From assembly GCA_964633865.1 (NCBI GenBank), contig CAZWIJ010000001.1:66352-130351 (forward strand): DNA of 64,000 bases, given 5' to 3'. This document shows positions 1 through 9,047 of the stretch, piece by piece. The DNA is from an uncultured Candidatus Saccharibacteria bacterium (GTDB lineage Bacteria > Patescibacteriota > Minisyncoccia > SW-4-49-11). Both the position numbers and the translations under genes were made by a program. Under the pieces are notes generated by a model. That model ran no database searches, was not told where the DNA came from, and was given only the letters and a program-made list of their open reading frames with translations. Numbering within the stretch: the first letter of the stretch is position 1; every line of letters begins with the position of its first letter.

Positions 1-2
1 TG

Positions 3-170
3 AGAGTATGTCATTTAGATGAGTTTTTTATTCAATCAGCAATAGGCTGGAGTTTGTCTAATTATTCTAAATTTCATCCTGATTTAGTTTTGGAATTTGT
101 GAATAATAATAATCTGGGTAAATTTGCTTCTAAAAGAGCTTTGGAATGGATTCGAAAAAAATCTAAATAA
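3..170 (+). CDS. DNA alkylation repair protein (AlkD-like), 3' fragment at window edge
   Basis: Manual translation gives RVCHLDEFFIQSAIGWSLSNYSKFHPDLVLEFV...KSK*, resembling the AlkD C-terminal EFFIQKAIGWALREYSK motif; not in the ORF track. Confidence 0.7.
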   Translation, partial: RVCHLDEFFIQSAIGWSLSNYSKFHPDLVLEFVNNNNLGKFASKRALEWIRKKSK

Positions 171-181
171 AAATCACTCTA

Positions 182-220
182 TTGCAAATTCTATAAGTAA
201 GTTATATAATTTACTTATAG
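182..220 (+). promoter_or_regulatory. Sigma70 promoter with an overlapping inverted repeat (possible operator) for the SPFH gene
   Basis: TTGCAA(182-187)-N17-TATAAT(205-210); CTATAAGTAA(191-200)/TTACTTATAG(211-220) are perfect inverted arms flanking the -10. Confidence 0.65.
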
Positions 221-240
221 CAATTAAATTTTAAAACTTT

Positions 241-1008
241 ATGGAAGGAATAATAGTTCTTATTATATTATTTGGAATAGGATTAGTTATATTAATTTTA
301 TCTGGACTTAAAATTGTAGACCAATATGAAAGGGGAGTAGTTCTTACCTTAGGACAATATTCTGGAATGAGAAATCCTGGACTTACAGTGATAATACCGT
401 TTATCCAAAGAATGATAAAAGTAGATATTCGTATCACAACCACAGATATCCCTCAACAAGAAGTAATTACCAAAGATAATGTGCCAGTTGGGATCAATGC
501 AGTAGTATACTTTCAAGTGGAATCAGCTGAAAATGCTATCTTGAATATTCAAAACTATACTCTAGCTATCTCACAATATGCACAAGCAGCACTTCGTGAT
601 GTAACAGGAGGAATAGAATTAGATGCTCTTTTATCTGAAAGAGAAAAAATTGCTGAAGAAATCCAAAAGATTGTATCTGAAGCTACAAAATCTTGGGGAA
701 TTCATGTTACAGACATCAAAATTCAAGATATAGAGTTACCAGCAGATATGAAAAGAGTAATGGCAAAACAAGCTGAATCAGAAAGAGAAAGAAGAGCTAT
801 AATAATTAGATCACAAGGAGAATTCCAAGCATCAGAAAGATTGGCAGAAGCAGCTAAAATTCTTAGTTCTGTCCCAGGTGGAATATCTATGAGAACATTA
901 CAAACAATAGAGAAAATTAATCCAGATCCATCAAAGACAGTAATATTTGCATTACCAGTAGAAGTAATGGAAGGAATTCAATCACTAAGCAAACATCTAG
1001 GTAAATAG
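241..1008 (+). CDS. SPFH/Band 7 (stomatin/slipin-like) membrane protein
   Basis: N-terminal TM; VDQYERGVV, QEVITKDNVPV, MAKQAESERERRA motifs. Confidence 0.93.
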   Translation: MEGIIVLIILFGIGLVILILSGLKIVDQYERGVVLTLGQYSGMRNPGLTVIIPFIQRMIKVDIRITTTDIPQQEVITKDNVPVGINAVVYFQVESAENAILNIQNYTLAISQYAQAALRDVTGGIELDALLSEREKIAEEIQKIVSEATKSWGIHVTDIKIQDIELPADMKRVMAKQAESERERRAIIIRSQGEFQASERLAEAAKILSSVPGGISMRTLQTIEKINPDPSKTVIFALPVEVMEGIQSLSKHLGK

Positions 1009-1039
1009 ATCTAAATTATCTATTAATCCAAATAAAGAG

Positions 1040-1066
1040 TTCTGTATATAATTACAGAATTTTTTA
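1040..1066. terminator. Hairpin between convergent SPFH and HPS-like genes
   Basis: TTCTGTA-tataat-TACAGAA followed by a T-run. Confidence 0.55.
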
Positions 1067-2029
1067 TTTTATTTGTTTTAAAAATTGCTCTACTAGATTA
1101 TTCTCATTTTGATTAAAGTCATAGAAATCTTTCCAAACAGTAACAATATCTGCTCCATTAAATATAGAACTTTTGATTTCTTTTAGAGTATCACCTCCGG
1201 CAACAGCGATCAAAACATTATTATAAGCTCCCTTGATTTGCTTTATCTGATAATAAGGTAAAAGTTTAAATTTAGAAATATTAGTCTCATCAACTCCTCT
1301 ATGCAGAATTACAACTTTAGGTAATTTTTTTAGCTTTTTTAAAATTATCAAAGGATATTCTACACCCATCATATCTATCATAGAATCTATATTTAATTCC
1401 TCACATTTAGCAATAAAAGTATCTAGAGTCTCAATTGAAGAAATCCCAAGACAAGTTACCGCATTAGCACCAGCATCAAACATCATTTGAACCTCTTTTC
1501 CTGCCATATCAGAGCATTTGGAGTCAGCTATCACATATGAGCCTCTCGGTAAAGAATTTTTGATTCTAGTGATAGCTTTGGTACCATAGACTTTGATTAA
1601 AGGAGTTCCAACTTCTACCAAAACTCTTTCTTTTATATTAAGGTTTTTAGCTATTTTTTCAGATTCTTCCAATGTACTATTAAGAGCAATATGTAAAAAT
1701 TTCTTTTTTCTAGATAATTCAATCTTAGGAATCGTTTTTTGGTTAATTGAGTAAGCTTCAATTAGATTTGTATTATTCCCAAAAGCCAGATTAGATATAG
1801 AGTTAAGCTCAGTAGTATTTGTTAAAAGAGAGATAAAATCTTTGCCATCATTCTCATTTAAGTTTTTTAATTGTGAGAAGTTTTTAAATTTATTCTCAAG
1901 ATCTTTGTTATTGAATAAAGAACTAAAGACCATACCCAAAATAAAACTCAAAATGGGGTTTATAAAAAATACAATAAATATAATTAACCCAGCCACTCTC
2001 TGCAAAAGTTTTTTTTGTTTATCATCCAT
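1064..2029 (-). CDS. 3-hexulose-6-phosphate synthase-like (OMPDC/HUMPS fold) protein with N-terminal TM anchor
   Basis: LHIALN, VEVGTPLIKVYG, ADSKCSD, IDMM, LHRGVDE, AVAGG; hydrophobic residues ~11-39. Confidence 0.8.
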   Translation of the reverse strand: MDDKQKKLLQRVAGLIIFIVFFINPILSFILGMVFSSLFNNKDLENKFKNFSQLKNLNENDGKDFISLLTNTTELNSISNLAFGNNTNLIEAYSINQKTIPKIELSRKKKFLHIALNSTLEESEKIAKNLNIKERVLVEVGTPLIKVYGTKAITRIKNSLPRGSYVIADSKCSDMAGKEVQMMFDAGANAVTCLGISSIETLDTFIAKCEELNIDSMIDMMGVEYPLIILKKLKKLPKVVILHRGVDETNISKFKLLPYYQIKQIKGAYNNVLIAVAGGDTLKEIKSSIFNGADIVTVWKDFYDFNQNENNLVEQFLKQIK

Positions 2030-2030
2030 A

Positions 2031-2699
2031 TTATTTAGTAAATTTTAGATAGTTACTCACTATATCCTTAATATTTTCTGTATTCTCTGCTAATTCTTGC
2101 CATACAATAGTAATATCAGCATCATTAAAAAAAGATCGTCTCACTTCCCTTTGATTTTCTCCACCAGCAATTGCAATCATCAAATTATTATATGTACCTT
2201 TGAGCCTATGAATCTCTTTATAAGGTATTGGATTCTCTCTGTTCTTCCCCTCATCAACTCCTCTATGAAGAAGAAGAATTTTAGGTAATTTTTTAAATTT
2301 TTGGGTTATTTCAAAAGGGTAGGGGACATTCATCATATCAATAATAGAATCTATATTATTCTTTTCACATTCTTCTATGAATAAATCTATAGTCTCTATT
2401 GGTGCAAGTCCAAGACAAGTGATAGCATTAGTTCCAACTTTAGCGAATTCTTGAACTTCTCTTTCAGCTCTATCCATTGATTTCAAGTCGGCAACACAAT
2501 ATATATCTTGTCTATGTTGATTATAATAAGCATCTTTTAGAATTGTAATAGATTCTGTTCCATATTCTTTTACAAAAGTTGTACCAGCTTCCAGAATTAA
2601 ATTTTCTGATTTTGGTAAATTTCTTACCATTTTTCTCACAATATCTTTACTTCTATTGAAGGCTATTTGAAGATATTTAGTTCGTGGATTTAATGTCAT
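2031..2699 (-). CDS. 3-hexulose-6-phosphate synthase-like protein (resembles the HPS domain of archaeal Fae-Hps)
   Basis: YLQIAFN, LPKSENLILEAGT, ADLKSMD, GLAPIETI, IIDMMNV, LLHRGVDE, IAGG. Confidence 0.8.
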   Translation of the reverse strand: MTLNPRTKYLQIAFNRSKDIVRKMVRNLPKSENLILEAGTTFVKEYGTESITILKDAYYNQHRQDIYCVADLKSMDRAEREVQEFAKVGTNAITCLGLAPIETIDLFIEECEKNNIDSIIDMMNVPYPFEITQKFKKLPKILLLHRGVDEGKNRENPIPYKEIHRLKGTYNNLMIAIAGGENQREVRRSFFNDADITIVWQELAENTENIKDIVSNYLKFTK

Positions 2700-2810
2700 A
2701 GATTTAGATTGTTAACTATATTTATTATAGCTAATTTTAGAATATAATACAAATTAATGAATATATAATGTGTTTTAAGCTAGAGAAAAACTATATGTTC
2801 TTTTCTAAAC

Positions 2811-2838
2811 AAAAAAACCGAGTAAATTAATACTCGGT
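2811..2838 (-). terminator. Rho-independent terminator of the LRR-repeat gene
   Basis: ACCGAGTA-aattaa-TACTCGGT stem with an A-run on + (U-tract on -), a few nt past the frame-corrected stop at 2846-2848. Confidence 0.8.
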
Positions 2839-2845
2839 GTATATT

Positions 2846-4878
2846 TTAAGTGAATTTTACTTTATTCTCACCAAATTTTTGAATGAACAAATCTTTGGTT
2901 TCTCTAGAAAGTTTCTCGTTTAGATAAATTTCCCCCCAACATGTTCAGGTAAATTCCCTTCGAGTGAAGTTAGAGATTCTAAATTTAAACCACTACCAAC
3001 ATATTTAGGAAAATTCCCCTCAAATGACTCAAGAGATCCTAAATATAAAGTATCACCAACATATTCAGGTAAATTACCCTTCAAAGAATTAAGAGACCTT
3101 AAATCTAACCAATCACCAATATATTTAGGAAAATCTCCCTCATATGATTTAAGATGTAGTAAATTTACAGAAGATCCAACATATTCAGGGAAGTTACCCT
3201 TAAATGACTCAAGAGATTCTAAATTTAAATATTCCCCAACATATTCGGGAAAATTTCCTTTAAATGACTCAAGAGAATTTAACCATAAATGTCTACCAAC
3301 ATATTTAGGGAAATACCCTTTATATGATTGAAGAGATTCTAAATCTAAATCTCCCCCAACATGTTCAGGGAAAGCCCCCTCAAATGACTCAAGAGATTCT
3401 AAATTTAAAGTCCCACCAACATATTTAGGAAAATCTCCTTTATATGACTTAAGACATATTAAATGTAAATTCCCACCAACATGTTTAGGAAAATCCCCTT
3501 TATATGATTTAAGTGATTTTAAATCTAAATATCCTCTAATGTACTTAGGAAACTTTCCTCTGAATGATTCAATATCTCTTACATCTAAATTACCCCAATG
3601 ATAAATAATACCTCCAGATAGAGCTTCATTTTCATTAAAGCTAATCTGGTTTGGGTTACATCCAAAAATGAAAACAAGATCTTTTCTTTTAGCATTCTTA
3701 TCTTTAGCATCTAAAATCTCTTGTATTCTAGGGTCTATATCATACCCAAATCCTCGAATCTTCCCATCAATCTCATACAGAAATCTCAGCTCATCTCTAC
3801 CAAGAGAAATCTTATTTTCCCATTTCTGATAAATTTGAGTAAGGAATTTCATATCTGAGGCTTGTTTTTGGTATTTATCCGCAATAGAACCAAATTCCTT
3901 AAATTTAGCTTCCAGTACAGGAAGAATATAAGGATCAAGGTTTTGCTTAGGAGCAATACCTCTTGGATTTTCAGCAATTTGGGAGTCCCAAATCATTCTA
4001 ATAGCCAAACGAGGAACAATAGAGTTTCCCATCGGATCATTAGAATAAAAGACATGAATATCTCCTCCATTCAAGAAATTTTGGGCCGTACTTAAATTCG
4101 CAATACACCATTCCAAAGTATATCCTTGGAGGGATTGCACCAAAGCTTTAGCATCAGATTCTTTGGGATATTTTATCCAAACACCCTGAATATTCTGGAG
4201 ACCTTCTTTAGAGTAAATTGGGAGCTCTTTCAAGAACTGAGCATACAATTTAGCAAAACTTTTATTTTTAACTAAATTAGAAAACTAATCAAGAGATAAT
4301 TGGGAACTAAGATTTTCTAGCTTATTTCCTAAAAATCCTTCCAAGGAGCCAGAGCATAAAGCGACAGCTCTTGGATTACAGACAGGAAATGGTGATGTAG
4401 TACTTTTAGTTCTCGTTTTGAAAACACAAGAATCTATTGTACCATCTTCACTGATTTCCTTTTCTAATTGCCCCATTTTGATAATGGAGAACAGAATCCA
4501 AATCTTAGCCCAAACAGGATATTCAGCATCAGCACAAATTAGATAGTCTAACCAAGCCTGAAGGCTGTTACACTGATCTTCAATAATTTGAGAGTTTTTC
4601 TTTGTGATAAACTCTTTAGTTATTGGGATCTTGCCATGACCTTGCTCAAATAAAATATCTTGTTCCAACTTATAAGTTGAATAGGGTATATTCTCTGATT
4701 TGATAATATAATTCTTTATAAATTCTTTTTGGAAATCTTCTTTATTCCATACAGAAGGAATTTTTTCTAGAAATTGATTAATTCGGATAATAGGATCTGT
4801 GTGATTCCCTAATTGAATAACTAATTTTTCTTCTGCAATAAATTTATTCCAATCGTACAAGAATTTAGCGAAATTCAT
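2846..4878 (-). pseudogene. Disrupted single gene: globular N-terminal/central region plus 11 LRR-like 20-aa repeats (ORF track splits it into 4285..4935 and 2920..4248)
   Basis: The two ORFs are in the same frame, separated by one TAG (4285-4287): LSLD*FSNLVKNKSFAKLYAQF. Adding one G to the G6 tract (~2932-2937) restores VGGEIYLNEKLSRETKDLFIQKFGENKVKFT*. True start is ATG 4878 after AAAGGA. Confidence 0.75.
2941..3600 (-). repeat. Coding tandem repeat, 11 units of 60 bp (20-aa unit GxxLxLxSLxSxxGxFPxYV)
   Basis: Units align vertically in the 60-nt lines, typically starting at(a/g)tt(c/t)agg and ending ccaa(c/t); protein shows 20-aa periodicity. Confidence 0.95.
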
Positions 4879-4906
4879 AATTTTTCCTTTGATAAAGTGC
4901 GAGGTT

Positions 4907-4935
4907 ATTATATTATAGTTCAGTATTTTTGTCAA
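4907..4935 (-). promoter_or_regulatory. Perfect consensus sigma70 promoter of the LRR-repeat gene
   Basis: Minus strand TTGACA(4935-4930)-N17-TATAAT(4912-4907); the ORF-track TTG start at 4935 is actually the -35 box. Confidence 0.85.
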
Positions 4936-4984
4936 GATTGAATGACATAAAGGAATGTGGAGGTTTAAGTTTTATTCTATTTAA

Positions 4985-5027
4985 TCTATATTTAGATAAT
5001 TTTGGTATAAAATCATCTAAATATAGA
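4985..5027. repeat. 43-bp near-perfect palindrome in the divergent intergenic region
   Basis: TCTATATTTAGAT ... ATCTAAATATAGA 13-bp perfect arms plus inner ATTTT/AAAAT pairing. Confidence 0.7.
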
Positions 5028-5281
5028 GCTAAATAATGGTGATCTCAATTGAGTTTGTGGTAAATTTCTATATTCCATAATAGTATAAGTTTGAATTAAT
5101 AAATTATGTACTAAATTAAACTATTTTTATATGTTATTTTTAGTAAACTGTTAATTAAATAATAAATAATTATCTATTATTTAAATCTTGCTAAGTAAAT
5201 TCAATTTTAATCTATAAAATTTTTCTAAAATATGATAAAATATAAGCATAAATTAAGTATAAATAAGTTAATATTAAAATT

Positions 5282-6664
5282 TTGAAAAAAAATATACTAA
5301 TTGCATTAATATCTTTTATCATAGCCAGCTTAACAGTTATATTTGCTAGTGGATTTTTATTTAATAATAGTACAGCTAATGAGATTATAGAATCTATTCC
5401 TAATGTTTCTATCAATCAAACAGAACCTGAAAAAAAATCAAAGTCTGAAGAGAAAATATCTATTTTACTTCTAGGGATTGGAGGAGAAGAGCACGAAGGA
5501 GCTAACCTGACAGACACGATAATGGTGGCTGAGATAGATAATGTCAATCAGACTATTAATTTGATTTCTTTACCAAGAGATTTTTTAGTTTTTTATGATA
5601 ATGGATTTTATTCAAAAATAAATTCTTTATATAGTCAAGTTTTAACTGAGACTAAAGATGAAAAAATAGCTATAAGTGCATTGCAAGATAAAGTTTTTGA
5701 GATAACTGGTATAAAAACTGATCATTATGCAAAAGTTGATTTTAAAGCATTTACAGAAATAGTAGATACAATAGGAGGTGTTGATGTTAATGTTTTAGAG
5801 ACTATTGATGATAAAAATTATCCAGGACCTAATTTTAGTTATGAACCATTTTATATTGAGGCAGGTCCTCAAAAATTAGATGGTAAGACAGCTCTTAAAT
5901 ATGCAAGAAGTCGTTATTCTTCTAAAGGTGGTGATTTAGATAGAGCAAGAAGACAACAAGAAATTATTACTGAAATTAAAAATAAAATCTTAGATCTAAA
6001 CCCAATTATGGATATTTCTAAAGTTGTATCATTAATAAGCATTGCTCAACAAAATATAGACACTGATCTTTCATTCAATGCAATGAGGAATTTTTATGAT
6101 ACATATCAAGATATAGATAATTATAAGATACAATCTTTAGTTATAGGCTCTGATTTATTAACTGGGGTATTGAAAGAAGGTACTAGAGTATTTGGTTCAA
6201 ATCGTGGATTTATATTAGAACCTAGAATTGGAGAGAAAAATTATTTACAAATTCAAGAAGAAGTTCAAAATATTGCTAATATAGATTCTTTTAGAGAGAG
6301 CTTAAAAGAAATTAAGAAAGAGAATATTAGTATAGCTTTAATGTCTACATTATCTAGAGAAGATACCTTATTAATACAAGAATTATTAGATGGAAATGGA
6401 ATAAAAACTGAAATTATTAAAAATACATTTGATGAAATTACTTATAAAGAAAATAAATTATTAAAAGTTAATGTAGAAGAACCTCAAAACATTAACATTA
6501 ATGAATCTGAGACAGTTGACTTAAACTCCAAAAAAGATAATTTTTCAGAAAAATATTTATTAGACAAATTTGATACAGAATTAGATATTTGGATAGGTGA
6601 CAAAATTAATAAAGACTATGTCCTTTATATTACAAATGTAGATTTTATAAATAAATTAAAATAA
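5282..6664 (+). CDS. LCP (LytR-CpsA-Psr) family glycopolymer transferase
   Basis: N-terminal TM; ILLLGIGG, LTDTIMV, ISLPRD, KINS, ALKYARSR, DLDRARRQQ. Confidence 0.93.
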   Translation: MKKNILIALISFIIASLTVIFASGFLFNNSTANEIIESIPNVSINQTEPEKKSKSEEKISILLLGIGGEEHEGANLTDTIMVAEIDNVNQTINLISLPRDFLVFYDNGFYSKINSLYSQVLTETKDEKIAISALQDKVFEITGIKTDHYAKVDFKAFTEIVDTIGGVDVNVLETIDDKNYPGPNFSYEPFYIEAGPQKLDGKTALKYARSRYSSKGGDLDRARRQQEIITEIKNKILDLNPIMDISKVVSLISIAQQNIDTDLSFNAMRNFYDTYQDIDNYKIQSLVIGSDLLTGVLKEGTRVFGSNRGFILEPRIGEKNYLQIQEEVQNIANIDSFRESLKEIKKENISIALMSTLSREDTLLIQELLDGNGIKTEIIKNTFDEITYKENKLLKVNVEEPQNININESETVDLNSKKDNFSEKYLLDKFDTELDIWIGDKINKDYVLYITNVDFINKLK

Positions 6665-6671
6665 TAAAAAA

Positions 6672-7172
6672 ATGAAATTAATTGTAGGTTTAGGTAATAT
6701 AGGAAAAGAATATGAAAACACATATCACAACATAGGATTTCAATTTTTAGATTATTTATGTAGAAAAGAAAACTTTTCAGAGAATAAAAAATTAATGAGT
6801 TTAGTATATAAAGAAGATAGTAAAATTTTTATAAAACCTACGACATATATGAATCTTTCAGGTCATGCTATAAGATTATGTATGGATTACTGGAAAATAT
6901 CTTTAGAAAATATACTTATTATTCAAGATGATACAGATATAACTTTAGGTGAATTTAAATTTCAAAAAAATAGAGGTAGTGGGGGACATAAAGGAATAAT
7001 ATCTATATCTCAACACATAAAAACTAATGATTTTTCCAGAGTTAGAATAGGTGCCAGATCACCAGATTATGAAAATACAAAATCAAGTGACTTTGTATTA
7101 AAGAGAATATCAGATGAAAATCAAGAAATTTTAGAAAATGTATATAAAGAAATTATAAATATAATTAAATAA
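6672..7172 (+). CDS. pth: Peptidyl-tRNA hydrolase
   Basis: MKLIVGLGNIG, HNIGF, KPTTYMNLSG, GSGGHKG, RVRIG. Confidence 0.95.
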   Translation: MKLIVGLGNIGKEYENTYHNIGFQFLDYLCRKENFSENKKLMSLVYKEDSKIFIKPTTYMNLSGHAIRLCMDYWKISLENILIIQDDTDITLGEFKFQKNRGSGGHKGIISISQHIKTNDFSRVRIGARSPDYENTKSSDFVLKRISDENQEILENVYKEIINIIK

Positions 7173-7178
7173 ATTATC

Positions 7179-7775
7179 ATGAAAAGTACAAAAACTCTTA
7201 TAAAATTATTTCTAGCAGGAATCGTATCAGTATTTAGTATCTATGGTATTTTAATAAAAGTTAATCCTGATCCTTTTAATTTAACTTTTGAAAATTTTCA
7301 AGCTAATCTAAGTAGTTTAAATGATAATTCTTTTAGGGAAGGTCCTTTATATGATGTACTAGAAATTATAGATGGGGATACTATAAAAGTATCTGAGTTA
7401 GGAACATTAAGATTAATTGGTATTGACACACCAGAGACAAAAGATCCTAGAAAAGAGATTCAATGTTTTGGGATTGAAGCAAATAATAAAACTACAGAAT
7501 TATTAGCTGGTAAAAAAGTATATCTTCAGTTTGATGGAGAAAATTCTACAAAGGATAAATATAATAGAACTTTGGCATATGTATATACAGAAGAAGGATT
7601 AGATTTTAATGCAGAAATGATAAAGCAAGGATTTGCCTATGCTTATAAAAGTTTTAAACATCCTAGATTAGAAGAATTTACAGAATTAGAAAATACTGCC
7701 AGAGAGTCTTTATCAGGATTGTGGAGCTCTAATACATGTGATGGAGAAATTAACATAGAAGAAGAACAAATTTAG
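7179..7775 (+). CDS. Thermonuclease (SNase-like), membrane-anchored or secreted
   Basis: IIDGDTI, RLIGIDTPE, DKYNRTLAYV, GLWS; N-terminal hydrophobic segment. Confidence 0.93.
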   Translation: MKSTKTLIKLFLAGIVSVFSIYGILIKVNPDPFNLTFENFQANLSSLNDNSFREGPLYDVLEIIDGDTIKVSELGTLRLIGIDTPETKDPRKEIQCFGIEANNKTTELLAGKKVYLQFDGENSTKDKYNRTLAYVYTEEGLDFNAEMIKQGFAYAYKSFKHPRLEEFTELENTARESLSGLWSSNTCDGEINIEEEQI

Positions 7776-7777
7776 AT

Positions 7778-8818
7778 TTATTTTTTCAAAGGATGATATT
7801 TTGTGTGAGTATCTAGTGCAAATTTATCTGATGCATGAACATACTTGGTTGTAGTTTCTAAAGATTCATGACCTAAAAGTACTTTTAATGCAGATGGATT
7901 AGCTCCAGATTCTGCTAAATATGTGGCAAAACCATGTCTTAGTGTATGTGCTGATACTTTGCCTGTTAAGCCTATAAGAGATCTGTAAGACTTGATTTTA
8001 GCTTGTAAATAATTACTAGAAATATGTAAGTTTAGTAGGGAAGTATCGATTAAATTATCCTTGATTTCTAAACTTTTCTTTGTTATAAAAACATATTGAA
8101 ATTTGTTAATAAATATATCTTTCTTTGAGCTTTCTGGTAATTTTTCTTGGATAAATTTATATCTTAGATCCAAATATTCAGTTAAAATTTGAATTGATCT
8201 TGGAGTCAAATAAACAAATCTTTCTTTATTCCCTTTACCTTTGATTAATAATTTAGATCTATCCCCCTCTAATTGATCCATTTTTAAACTAATTACTTCT
8301 GATATTCTCATTCCTGAAGCGAATATTAATTCTAAAATAGTTTTGTTCCTGTAGCCTATAAATAAGTTTTTTTCGTATAATAAAGGAGATTCTATTAACT
8401 CAATTAGTTTTTGGATTTCAGGTAAATGCAAAACTTGTTTTCCTAATTTCATTAATTTAATTTGTTGTGGTAGAATTGGTACTTCATAATCATTATCTAT
8501 AAGATATGTCAAATAACTTCTGAGACTGGTTAGCATTCTATTAATTGATTTGGGAGTCAATGGTTTAGATTTATTTAAATTAACTAGAGTACTCCTATCA
8601 TTAGCTAATAGATCAGCTTTATAAATTGTGATAGTTTGTTTATTAATTTTTTGAAAAGAAATTTGATTTACGGTTAAAAATTCTTCAAAAATCATTAAAT
8701 CTCGCTCATAATTTTTAATAGTTACTAAAGAGTAGTTATTTGTAGTCAAGAAAAGTAAAAAGTCTTCTAAAAAAGGCAGTTTTGAGCTTTTTAGCTTGTT
8801 TAAAACATTTTTAGACAT
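7778..8818 (-). CDS. Xer-family tyrosine recombinase (346 aa)
   Basis: TIKNYERDL N-domain; catalytic set GMRISE, KGKGNKER, HTLRHGFAT, LLGH, TTTKYVH. Confidence 0.92.
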   Translation of the reverse strand: MSKNVLNKLKSSKLPFLEDFLLFLTTNNYSLVTIKNYERDLMIFEEFLTVNQISFQKINKQTITIYKADLLANDRSTLVNLNKSKPLTPKSINRMLTSLRSYLTYLIDNDYEVPILPQQIKLMKLGKQVLHLPEIQKLIELIESPLLYEKNLFIGYRNKTILELIFASGMRISEVISLKMDQLEGDRSKLLIKGKGNKERFVYLTPRSIQILTEYLDLRYKFIQEKLPESSKKDIFINKFQYVFITKKSLEIKDNLIDTSLLNLHISSNYLQAKIKSYRSLIGLTGKVSAHTLRHGFATYLAESGANPSALKVLLGHESLETTTKYVHASDKFALDTHTKYHPLKK

Positions 8819-8896
8819 TATATTATTAAATTTAAGGTTATTTGTAATATTTTGAATAAGAATTACTTAATATAGTAATTAAAAGCTTATGAAAAT

Positions 8897-8925
8897 ATTA
8901 TATCATGTTTTAAATCATTAAACAA
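8897..8925 (-). promoter_or_regulatory. Promoter of the Xer recombinase gene
   Basis: Minus strand TTGTTT(8925-8920)-N17-TATAAT(8902-8897) with TG extended -10; the -35 overlaps the dif-like site. Confidence 0.6.
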
Positions 8926-8950
8926 GAGTATAATAATCATTATACTCTGT
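8923..8950. other. dif-like recombination site (11-6-11)
   Basis: CAAGAGTATAA-TAATCA-TTATACTCTGT; ATAA-N6-TTAT core as in dif sites, palindromic arms, ~105 bp upstream of the Xer gene. Confidence 0.7.
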
Positions 8951-9047
8951 TAAATTATAACCTGTGGTTTTGTATAAAATTAATTTTTATGATATTATTT
9001 TGATACTTCTCTTCCCTATTTATAATTTATAATCCTCCAAAAGTAAT

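Noticed and set aside
2941-3600. CRISPR array
   Set aside because: Units are contiguous, in-frame 60-bp coding repeats without unique spacers; no cas genes in the window
7778-8818. Integron integrase or prophage integrase
   Set aside because: No attC cassette array, phage genes or att duplication recognised; flanked by housekeeping genes pth and miaA
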